Below the pieces are notes generated by a model. The model had not been told where the DNA came from and made no database searches. It worked only from the letters and a program-made list of their open reading frames with translations. From assembly GCA_934446675.1 (NCBI GenBank), contig CAKSEL010000004.1, forward strand, positions 72,878-136,877: a stretch of 64,000 bases of DNA, written 5' to 3'. The position numbers were made by a program, and so were the translations under genes. Shown here piece after piece: positions 10,049-18,085 of this stretch. This DNA is from an uncultured Eubacteriales bacterium (GTDB taxonomy: Bacteria; Bacillota; Clostridia; Oscillospirales; CAG-382). Numbering within the stretch: position 1 is the stretch's first letter; the number at the start of each line of letters is the position of its first letter.

Positions 10049-11248
10049 ATGCACTGCGAAATTAAAATAGATGAAAATATATACTGGATTGGCGCAAACG
10101 ACAGGAGAATTGCTCTTTTTGAAAACGTTTATCCGGTTCCGAACGGCGTTTCCTACAACTCATATTTTATTGATGATGAAAAAACGGCGATTCTCGACAC
10201 GGTTGACGCGTCGGGCAGCAAAGTTTTCTTTGAAAATCTCGGCTATATCCTTGACGGCAGAAAACCCGACTATCTCATTATCAACCACACGGAACCCGAC
10301 CATGCCGCAACCGTTGCGCTCACCGCCGAAAAGTACCCCGAACTTAAACTTGTATGCAATGCAAAGACTGCGGGTATGTTAGGTCAGTTCTTTGAAAATG
10401 ATTTTTCGGACAGGGTGATTACCGTAAAAGAAGGCGACACGCTGTCCCTTGGCAAGCACACTTTGACTTTTGTAATGGCTCCTATGGTTCACTGGCCTGA
10501 GGTCATGGTTACATATGAAACCGAAACAAAGACGCTTTTCTCTGCGGACGCATTCGGAGTTTTCGGTGCGCTTTCGGGAAACATCTTTGCGGACGAAACG
10601 GATTTTGACATTTCCGAAGCACGCCGTTACTACACAAACATTGTCGGAAAGTACGGCGCTCAGGTTCAGAGCCTTTTGAAAAAGGCGTCGGCGCTTGAAA
10701 TTAACCGCATTTGTCCGCTGCACGGTCCCGTACACAGAAAAGACATCAGGGTATTGATCGAAAAGTATGACAAGTGGAGTTCCTACACGCCCGAAGACAC
10801 GTCGGTTGCGGTATTCTATGCGTCGGTATACGGCAACACCGAAAACGCCGCCGAGATTTTAACGTCAAAGCTTGCCGCAAAAGGAATTAAAAACATAAAG
10901 CTTTATGACGTTTCGGCGACTCACCCGTCATATCTTGTCGCGGAGGCTTTCAGATGTTCTCATCTTGTGTTTGCCTCGATATCGTACAATGCAGGAATTT
11001 TTGTAAACATGGAAAATTTACTTCACGACCTTGTTTCGCACAACATACAGAACCGCACAGTTTCATTTATCGAAAACGGTTCATGGGCTCCGACAAGCGC
11101 GTCTATGATGAGAAAATTTCTTGAGCCTTGCAAGAACATGACGTTTATCGAGGACAAGGTTACGGTAAAATCATCTCTCAAGCAAGAGCAGTATGAGCAG
11201 ATCGAAAAACTTGCCGACGCGGTTTACAATTCAATGAGCAAGGCTTAA
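10049..11248 (+). CDS. flavodiiron protein (FprA family: metallo-beta-lactamase-like plus flavodoxin domains)
   Basis: INHTEPDHA diiron motif, then a flavodoxin-like VAVFYASVYGNTENAA. SD GGGAGG 6 nt upstream. Confidence 0.9.
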   Translation: MHCEIKIDENIYWIGANDRRIALFENVYPVPNGVSYNSYFIDDEKTAILDTVDASGSKVFFENLGYILDGRKPDYLIINHTEPDHAATVALTAEKYPELKLVCNAKTAGMLGQFFENDFSDRVITVKEGDTLSLGKHTLTFVMAPMVHWPEVMVTYETETKTLFSADAFGVFGALSGNIFADETDFDISEARRYYTNIVGKYGAQVQSLLKKASALEINRICPLHGPVHRKDIRVLIEKYDKWSSYTPEDTSVAVFYASVYGNTENAAEILTSKLAAKGIKNIKLYDVSATHPSYLVAEAFRCSHLVFASISYNAGIFVNMENLLHDLVSHNIQNRTVSFIENGSWAPTSASMMRKFLEPCKNMTFIEDKVTVKSSLKQEQYEQIEKLADAVYNSMSKA

Positions 11249-11300
11249 AAGCATTATTATATAATATATAGGAAGAAAACCGAAAAATCAAACAGATTTA

Positions 11301-11334
11301 CCGGGCGCAGAATATAACGCGTCCGGCTTTTTTT
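11301..11334 (+). terminator. rho-independent terminator
   Basis: CCGGGCGC...GCGTCCGG stem (one G-U pair) followed by CTTTTTTT. Confidence 0.65.
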
Positions 11335-11410
11335 ATGCTTAAAATTACATTTATATATCAGTATCGGGCATAATAATATCAAAAAATGTGTTCGGGAGAA
11401 ACTGAAAAAA

Positions 11411-12352
11411 ATGAAACAGGCGGTTATAGATATAGGTTCAAACTCGGTAAGGCTTACACTTTACGAAGTGAACGGAACGGAATTCAAAATACTTTTCAGA
11501 GAAAAAATAATGGCGGGACTTGCGGGATATGTTGACGAAAACGGCAATTTAAGCCCTGCCGGAATAGAATGTGCGTGTTCGGGACTTAAAATCTTTTCCG
11601 ATATTTTAAAGTCGCTGCATATTGACAACACCGCAGTCTTTGCAACGGCGTCACTGCGCAACATAAACAACACCGGCGAGGCTGTGTCGCAGATAAAAGC
11701 CGCGTGCGGATACGATATTGAAATTCTGAGCGAAAAGGACGAGGCTTTATGCGGCTACTACGGCGCAATGCGCGAATTTGAGCTGCCTGACGGCGCGTTT
11801 ATCGACGTCGGCGGAGGAAGCACGGAGGTCGTCACGTTTGAAAATGCAAAAGTCATAGACTGTATAAGCTTTCCGATAGGCTCGCTCGGTCTGTATTCGT
11901 CATGCGTAAAGAAAATTCTTCCCGGAAAAGGCTCGAGAGAGCGAATACTCGGCGAAATCAAAAAGCAAACCGAAGGGTGCGAAATCTTTTCGTCATGTGC
12001 AAAGCACAAAGTGCTGACAGGCGTCGGAGGCACGGCAAGAGCAGTGCTCAAAATTGCAAAAAGCTGTTTTGAACTTCCCGAAAGCTGCCGCTGCATATCG
12101 GCGTATCAGCTCGGAAAACTTGCCGATTTTTTATGTTCGGGCTCAAAAAAGGCGTCTGATCTCATACTGAAGCTTGAACCGGACAGAATTCACACTATTG
12201 TTCCAGGAGTTATGATTCTGCATCACATATTCCGCCTATTGGGTGCGGACGAGCTTATTGTCAGCAAATACGGCGTCAGAGAAGGTTATTTATGCACAAA
12301 ACTTTACCCGTCGGCAAAAGAAAATACGACTGCACTCAAAACCGTGAATTAA
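11411..12352 (+). CDS. ppx: Ppx/GppA-family phosphatase (exopolyphosphatase)
   Basis: IDIGSNSVRL N-terminus, IDVGGGSTE, TGVGGTARA (ASKHA fold phosphate loops). Adjacent to ppk1. Confidence 0.85.
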   Translation: MKQAVIDIGSNSVRLTLYEVNGTEFKILFREKIMAGLAGYVDENGNLSPAGIECACSGLKIFSDILKSLHIDNTAVFATASLRNINNTGEAVSQIKAACGYDIEILSEKDEALCGYYGAMREFELPDGAFIDVGGGSTEVVTFENAKVIDCISFPIGSLGLYSSCVKKILPGKGSRERILGEIKKQTEGCEIFSSCAKHKVLTGVGGTARAVLKIAKSCFELPESCRCISAYQLGKLADFLCSGSKKASDLILKLEPDRIHTIVPGVMILHHIFRLLGADELIVSKYGVREGYLCTKLYPSAKENTTALKTVN

Positions 12353-14268
12353 GCTTGCTTGACTTTCACGGACGTGTGCTTTCGCTTGCGGAAAACAGCG
12401 ACATTCCGCCTTTGGAAAGGCTTAAATTTATAAGAATATTCTGCTCAAACGCCGACGAATTTTACAAAGTCCGCATAAACAGGCTTATCAAAGCCGCGAA
12501 AAGCAAAAATATGTGCCCGGACAGAAAATCAGGGCTTTATCCCCAAGAGCTGCTCAAATGTATTCGGCAGAAAACAAGAGAGCTGATAGCAAGGAAAAAA
12601 CTTTTGCTGTGCGGCGTTTCGGAGGAGCTTAAAAGACACGGAATAACGGAAACCGGCGTTTCGGCTCTTTCGGAAAAAGATTACGGGATTTGCGGAAAGT
12701 TTATGGAAAAAAACTTTTGCGGAGCAAAAATTCATTGCATAAAACAAGGAGAAAAAGTATCGCTGAACGGCGGCAGGCTCTACGCAGTATGCTTGACCAA
12801 AAGCAAAAAGCACCCGGCATGCATAGTTGAAATTCCGCCGCAAACCGCGCCTTTTATAAGGCTTTCGGGAGAAGAATTCAGATATACAGCAACCGAAATT
12901 CTGATACTTCATTTTTTGCCGCGCATTTTTAAAGACCTCGGAATAACGGAAATCTGCGTTGCAAAACCCATGCAGAACGGCGACATAACAATACCTGAAC
13001 GCACTTTTCGCGAGCACGGCGGCGATGTATGCAAAGCCGTATTGAAACTTGCAAAAAAGCGTGAGGGTCAGCGTGTTGTCAAACTTGAAGTCTGCAGCAA
13101 AATCTCGCCGATGCTAAAAAAAACACTGTCGGACTTTTCGGGAGTACCTCGGAAATTTATATTTGACGATTCGTATATATCGGATACAAGTTTTTTTGAC
13201 GCGTTTTACCGTGCTGCAAAGAAGAAAAATCCCAGCCTTGCATATTCCCGCCATGTGCCGGTTATTTCCGGCGAATTTCCAGTTACGCAAAGCGTTTCGG
13301 ACATTATAAAACGCCGCGACAGGCTTCTGTTTTATCCGTATGACAGCAACGACACGTTTTTAAGGCTGTTAAAAGAATCGGCATACGATAAAAAGGTCTG
13401 TTCGGTAAAAATGACAGTTTACAGGCTTGCCGAAAATTCCGTTGCCGCAAAGCTTTTATGTCTTGCCGCAGGAAACGGCAAGTCCGTCACGGTTATAATA
13501 GAGCTGCGCGCACGGTTTGACGAACAAAACAATCTCAAATGGGGGCGTATTCTCGAAAAAGCCGGCTGCCGCGTTATTTACAGAACAAGCGGTCACAAAT
13601 GCCATGCAAAAGTGTGCCTTATAACGCAAAAATCAAAAAAAGGCTGTTCGTATATTACTCAGATAAGCACCGGCAACTACAACGAGGTCACAAACACGCT
13701 GTACACCGATCTTTGCTTTTTTACGGCAGACAAAGATATCGGAAAAGACGCGTCGCGCTTTTTTAAAAGCCTTGAAAACGGCGAAGAGCCGTGCGGTTTA
13801 AAACATTTAAACGCCGCTCCTTCCGACATACGAAATGAGTTATTAAAAAGAATAGACGAGCAGGCGAACTGCGGCAAAAACGGATATATCTGCATAAAGG
13901 CAAACTCGCTTTCTGACGGAGAAGTTATAAAAAAATTAATAAATGCCTCAAAAAAAGGCGCCGAAATCCATCTTTATATACGCGGAATATGCTGTATCAA
14001 GCCGAATGTTCCGTTTTCCACCGAAAACATTGAGGTAAAAAGCATTGTCGGCAGATTTTTGGAACACGCGAGAATTTATATGTTCGGAAAAGCGCCCGAC
14101 GCGCACCTCTACATCTCATCGGCAGATCTTATGCCGAGAAATCTGCGCCGCAGAATCGAAATGCTCTGCCCCGTTCACGACAAGGCTGTACGTGAAAAGC
14201 TGTTTTCAATACTATGTGGTCAGAGCGCACAAAACCGCAATTACGCCGCAGATTACAGCGGTGCGTAA
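12292..14268 (+). CDS. ppk: polyphosphate kinase 1
   Basis: NRELSLLDFHGRVLSLAE...PPLERLKFIRIFCSNADEFYKVRI. Two PLD-like HKD motifs (CHAKVCLI; GRFLEHARIYMF). The start overlaps the ppx end by 61 nt. Confidence 0.9.
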   Translation: MHKTLPVGKRKYDCTQNRELSLLDFHGRVLSLAENSDIPPLERLKFIRIFCSNADEFYKVRINRLIKAAKSKNMCPDRKSGLYPQELLKCIRQKTRELIARKKLLLCGVSEELKRHGITETGVSALSEKDYGICGKFMEKNFCGAKIHCIKQGEKVSLNGGRLYAVCLTKSKKHPACIVEIPPQTAPFIRLSGEEFRYTATEILILHFLPRIFKDLGITEICVAKPMQNGDITIPERTFREHGGDVCKAVLKLAKKREGQRVVKLEVCSKISPMLKKTLSDFSGVPRKFIFDDSYISDTSFFDAFYRAAKKKNPSLAYSRHVPVISGEFPVTQSVSDIIKRRDRLLFYPYDSNDTFLRLLKESAYDKKVCSVKMTVYRLAENSVAAKLLCLAAGNGKSVTVIIELRARFDEQNNLKWGRILEKAGCRVIYRTSGHKCHAKVCLITQKSKKGCSYITQISTGNYNEVTNTLYTDLCFFTADKDIGKDASRFFKSLENGEEPCGLKHLNAAPSDIRNELLKRIDEQANCGKNGYICIKANSLSDGEVIKKLINASKKGAEIHLYIRGICCIKPNVPFSTENIEVKSIVGRFLEHARIYMFGKAPDAHLYISSADLMPRNLRRRIEMLCPVHDKAVREKLFSILCGQSAQNRNYAADYSGA

Positions 14269-14292
14269 CACAAAAAAATCAAACAAAAAAAT

Positions 14293-14311
14293 GACGGGAA
14301 AAAAACCCGTC
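14293..14311. terminator. bidirectional terminator between ppk and agrB
   Basis: GACGGG-A7-CCCGTC, with T-rich sequence on both strands after the stem. Confidence 0.7.
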
Positions 14312-14404
14312 TTATATTTTATATTCAAAGCGTTCATATGCGCAATTATATGGATAGGTGATTGTTTTGAGGAAAACGCACAGAACGCCGTGAAAACAAA
14401 ATAA

Positions 14405-14992
14405 CTAATTATTTTCGGCGCATTTTCCGTTATAGGCAATTCCCGCGTACATGAGTATTCCGTCGACAAACAGCGTAACGCACGCCGTTACGGCAAGTTC
14501 ATAATCAAAATACACGCCTGTAAGCGCCGCAGCCGAAAGTATGCTGCTCCAGATAACAGCCCTTATGCGGTTGCTTTTCTTTTGCTTTTCGGTAAGCTTT
14601 TTATTGGGGTGCGCCACGGGTGCGAAAATTATCACCGTCACAATGCAGAAAATGCACATAAGCGCACACATCGGAAACACAAAAGCGCTTTTTGCGGCAA
14701 AGTACGAAACCGCAAGCACCGTACCGAAAGTTACAAGCATTGAGGTTCTGCACAGCGCAAAAGTTTTTGCGTGAAATCCGCCCGAATAGCGTCTTACCGT
14801 CCAGAGAAATGCAAGAAATACGACGGAATCAAAGAATCTTCCGAAAAGCGCGCCTATTATCCCTACCATTGCAAAATTTATAATGTCGGCAAAAATAAGC
14901 TTAAATCCGTAGCTGTATATCTCGCGTTTTTCGTCAGGTATGCATTTTTTCTTTACGTAATAATCCGTTATTCCGTCTGCCAGTCTGTCCAT
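14405..14992 (-). CDS. agrB: AgrB-family accessory gene regulator protein B (autoinducer-peptide processing membrane peptidase)
   Basis: Polytopic membrane protein with VRRYSGGFHAKTFALCRTS, an AgrB-type His...Cys pair with 7-residue spacing. The N-terminus MDRLADGITDYYVKK..EKREIYSYGFKLIF is typical. ATG 14992 is preferred (GGTGG SD). An alternative ATG 15040 has a GGAGG SD buried in a hairpin. Confidence 0.8.
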   Translation of the reverse strand: MDRLADGITDYYVKKKCIPDEKREIYSYGFKLIFADIINFAMVGIIGALFGRFFDSVVFLAFLWTVRRYSGGFHAKTFALCRTSMLVTFGTVLAVSYFAAKSAFVFPMCALMCIFCIVTVIIFAPVAHPNKKLTEKQKKSNRIRAVIWSSILSAAALTGVYFDYELAVTACVTLFVDGILMYAGIAYNGKCAENN

Positions 14993-15113
14993 GTTTCCAC
15001 CGCCGTGTGTAATAGTTATTATGCGCGAAGCGCATTTCATGTGCCCCTCCGGGCACTTTTCATGAAACTTTAGTTTCAATTCATGCCGGAACGGCAATTC
15101 ATTCTTATAGAGT

Positions 15114-15122
15114 ATTATATCA
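15114..15122 (-). promoter_or_regulatory. extended -10 element (TGATATAAT) upstream of agrB
   Basis: Read directly on the minus strand. No good -35, which fits an activator-dependent promoter. Confidence 0.4.
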
Positions 15123-15147
15123 CAGACAGCCGAAAAATGTCGCTTTT

Positions 15148-15189
15148 GGCACAACTAACACAAATAGCGGCACAACTAACACAAAGTGC
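15148..15189. promoter_or_regulatory. perfect tandem direct repeat, 21-bp period (candidate LytTR/AgrA-type activator site)
   Basis: GGCACAACTAACACAAA at 15148-15164 and again at 15169-15185 with a 4-nt spacer. It lies about 25 nt upstream of the agrB -10. The minus strand reads TGTGTTAGT, close to the LytTR 9-mer consensus. Confidence 0.5.
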
Positions 15190-15349
15190 TTGGTTTTTCG
15201 TTCCGTATTCTCACAAAAAGTCACAAATCGTTATATAAATTTTCCTCGGAATTTGACGTTATCCATTATTTCCGGGAGATCTTCACGTTTCCTTTTGCCG
15301 TCAGCCGACGGAAAAAATCTGAGCGGCAAAAAAAGACAGTTTATCTGTG

Positions 15350-15384
15350 AACCAAAACAAAAAAGCCGGATTTCAAGTCCGGCT
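15350..15384 (-). terminator. rho-independent terminator of the P-type ATPase gene
   Basis: Minus strand AGCCGGA-cttgaaa-TCCGGCT followed by TTTTTTGTTTTGG. Confidence 0.7.
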
Positions 15385-15404
15385 CATTATATTAATTTTA
15401 TATG

Positions 15405-17837
15405 TTATTTTTGTAACAATTTTGTTTTAAGCTTCAGATATTTCAGCCGTACAAATTCAAATGCGGCGGAAATATAATTCTGCACCGTCATCATAGGAAG
15501 AATAAGCAGCACCGTAAGAAGAACGCAGCCTATGTCAAGCCTTGATATATTGAAAAACTCAGGCAGCAACGCGATACACAGTATATACAGTATTCCCATT
15601 GCCGAAAACAGAGTTATATGCCACGTGTTGAACGGCTTGCAGACCTTATAGAGCATCATATATCCGGCAGCGGAATAGACTATGCAGGCGACGGTCGACA
15701 TCATCGCGTATTCTATGCCGAAAGACTGTGCGAACACAATAAGACATTCTACGAGGAACACCGCTGTAAGCGCAGTCGGAAACGCACGGTAAAGCACATT
15801 TCGCAGAAACTTTCCCTTTACAAGCTCCTTATTCGGTTCAAGCGCTAAGAAAAACGACGGTATTCCTATCATCATGCACGAGGCGAGCGAGATCTGAACG
15901 GGCTTTAACGGATAGTACGACACGGTTATTATTGAAAGCAGCGTCATAAAGAAAGAAAAAATATTCTTGACCAAGAACATTGACGCCGTTCTTTCTATAT
16001 TATTTATAACGCGTCTGCCCTCATCTACAACGTGCGGCATACTCGAAAAATCGGAATTTACAAGCACCATATCCGAAACATTTGCCGCGGCTTTGCTGCC
16101 CGACGCCATAGCCACGCTGCAATCTGCGTCCTTTAATGCAAGCACGTCGTTTACTCCGTCGCCTGTCATTGCAACGGTATGCTTATTCTTTTTGAGTGCG
16201 CGTATTATCAGCCTTTTCTGTTCGGGGCTTACCCTGCCGAACACGGTACATTCAAGAGTTTTTGCAAAAGTCAGTTCTTCGTCCGAAAGCTTTGACGCGT
16301 CAACGTACTTATCGGCATTCGGTATACCTGCCTTTGCCGCAACAGCCGCGACAGCCGCCGGATTATCACCCGAAATCACCTTTACGTTTACGCCCTGCGA
16401 AGCAAAATACGAAAAAGTCTGCGCCGCGCTCTGTCTTATCGGGTTTGACAGCACCGCAAACAACAGCGGTTCTATTTTAACATTGCAGCCGTTTTCCGAA
16501 AGAACGCTGTCCGAATCTTCGCCGTCAGACACCTTGCCGAAAGCAAGCACGCGTTTACCGCCCGAAATATATTCCGGAATTCTCCCGTCATACTGTGCAA
16601 AGTCACTGCCGAGCAGCATTTCGGGCGCGCCGAAAACATAGGTATTTCCGTCGTCAAGGCTGCACGCGCTGTATTTTGTAAGAGATGAAAACTCTTTCTT
16701 TCGCACTGCTTTGCCAAACGGCTTTATATCATTTTGTACAAAATAATTCGTAACGGCGTCGGAGGTCACGTTCTGCGTTTCCATTGCCGAAACAAGGCTG
16801 CAAAGCTTTTGCAGTGCGCCGCTCTGATCTTGACACACCGGTACTATCTCATCAAGCGCCATTTCAGGCTCGGTTATGGTTCCGGTCTTATCTACGCATA
16901 TGACGTCTACTCTTGCAAGGCTCTCTATGCACTTCATATCGTGAACCAGCGTTCCGCCCTTTGCAAGTCTTATTGTGCTTGCGGCAAGCGCTACGCTTGT
17001 AAGCAGATACAGTCCTTCGGGTATCATGCCTATCGACGAGGCAACGGCGTTCTCCACGCTTTCCTTTACCGAAAGTCCGAGCGTTGCGTGCTGATTGAAG
17101 TACATTATCAGCGCAAACGGGATTATGATTATGCCTATTGCCATTATGAGTATATTAAGCGAACGCATCATTCCGGGACGGGTGCGTTTTTTGGTCTTTT
17201 TCGCGTCGGACATCAGCCTTGAGGCAAAGGATTCATCTCCCACGGCGTCAAGTCTTGCGCGGCACTTTCCCGACACCGCAAAGCTTCCCGAAAGCAGTCT
17301 GTCGCCGGTTACTTTTTTTATCTCGTCCGCCTCTCCCGTGACAAGCGACTCGTTTACGAAAATCTCTCCGCTTACAACTACCGCGTCGGCAGGTATCTGA
17401 TCGCCGCTTTCAAGCTCTGTTATATCGTCGAGTACAAGATCTTCGCTGTTTACCGTCATCTTTATGCCGCCGCGTATAACATTGCTTGTCGGGCACGCCA
17501 TGAGGTTAAGCTTATCGAGCATTTTCCGCGAACGCAGTTCCTGCACTATGCCTATTACGGTATTTGAAACCACAACGCCCAAAAAAGCCATATGATTATA
17601 CGACCTCTGCCACAGAAGCACTGCGGCAAACACAAAGAAAATTATATTGAAATAAGTAAATACATTCTTTGTTATTATCTTTGCCGTGCCGTAACGGTCG
17701 TCGCCTGCGGTTTTATTGGTAAGGTTCTGCGCCTGTCTTTCGCTCACCTTTTGTGCGTCAAGTCCGTATTCCGGATCGGGCGTATAACGGTACACCGTAT
17801 ATTCGGCTTTTGAATTTTCCTGCTTTTTATTCAACAC
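15405..17837 (-). CDS. cation-translocating P-type ATPase (HAD-IC family)
   Basis: DKTGTIT phosphorylation motif, TGEA actuator motif, MTGDGVNDVLALKDAD hinge, about 10 TM helices. GTG start. Confidence 0.9.
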   Translation of the reverse strand: MLNKKQENSKAEYTVYRYTPDPEYGLDAQKVSERQAQNLTNKTAGDDRYGTAKIITKNVFTYFNIIFFVFAAVLLWQRSYNHMAFLGVVVSNTVIGIVQELRSRKMLDKLNLMACPTSNVIRGGIKMTVNSEDLVLDDITELESGDQIPADAVVVSGEIFVNESLVTGEADEIKKVTGDRLLSGSFAVSGKCRARLDAVGDESFASRLMSDAKKTKKRTRPGMMRSLNILIMAIGIIIIPFALIMYFNQHATLGLSVKESVENAVASSIGMIPEGLYLLTSVALAASTIRLAKGGTLVHDMKCIESLARVDVICVDKTGTITEPEMALDEIVPVCQDQSGALQKLCSLVSAMETQNVTSDAVTNYFVQNDIKPFGKAVRKKEFSSLTKYSACSLDDGNTYVFGAPEMLLGSDFAQYDGRIPEYISGGKRVLAFGKVSDGEDSDSVLSENGCNVKIEPLLFAVLSNPIRQSAAQTFSYFASQGVNVKVISGDNPAAVAAVAAKAGIPNADKYVDASKLSDEELTFAKTLECTVFGRVSPEQKRLIIRALKKNKHTVAMTGDGVNDVLALKDADCSVAMASGSKAAANVSDMVLVNSDFSSMPHVVDEGRRVINNIERTASMFLVKNIFSFFMTLLSIITVSYYPLKPVQISLASCMMIGIPSFFLALEPNKELVKGKFLRNVLYRAFPTALTAVFLVECLIVFAQSFGIEYAMMSTVACIVYSAAGYMMLYKVCKPFNTWHITLFSAMGILYILCIALLPEFFNISRLDIGCVLLTVLLILPMMTVQNYISAAFEFVRLKYLKLKTKLLQK

Positions 17838-17959
17838 TTTTTCATTATCCTTTTTGTTTACAATAATATACTCAGTATTTTATCACCGTTTTTGCATTTG
17901 GGATATGAAAATGTGTAAAATTTACAAATTATTACAAATTGGCGCCCTGTTCTTTTTCG

Positions 17960-17994
17960 CAAAGGAAAACCCTGTCCGCTTTTGGCAGACAGGG
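17960..17994 (-). terminator. rho-independent terminator
   Basis: CCCTGTC (17970-76) pairs with GACAGGG (17988-94). The minus strand is followed by TTTTCCTTTG. Confidence 0.55.
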
Positions 17995-18085
17995 AAGGAG
18001 AGAGTAGAGCGATTTACTTATTAAAGCAAATCTGTAATCACACATTTATATAATGCGTGGTTAGTCTGATTGAATTTTTCCGGGA

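Noticed and set aside
14212-14469. 85-aa minus-strand ORF (or its internal 41-aa MNALNIKY... part) as a possible AgrD precursor downstream of agrB
   Set aside because: It overlaps both the agrB 3' end and the ppk 3' end. It has no SD and reads through the terminator hairpin. It lacks the amphipathic leader, Cys/Ser ring and acidic tail pattern of AgrD.
15040-15154. N-terminal extension of agrB in the track ORF (249 aa)
   Set aside because: The upstream part runs through the promoter and leader hairpins. AgrB homology begins at MDRLADG (ATG 14992).
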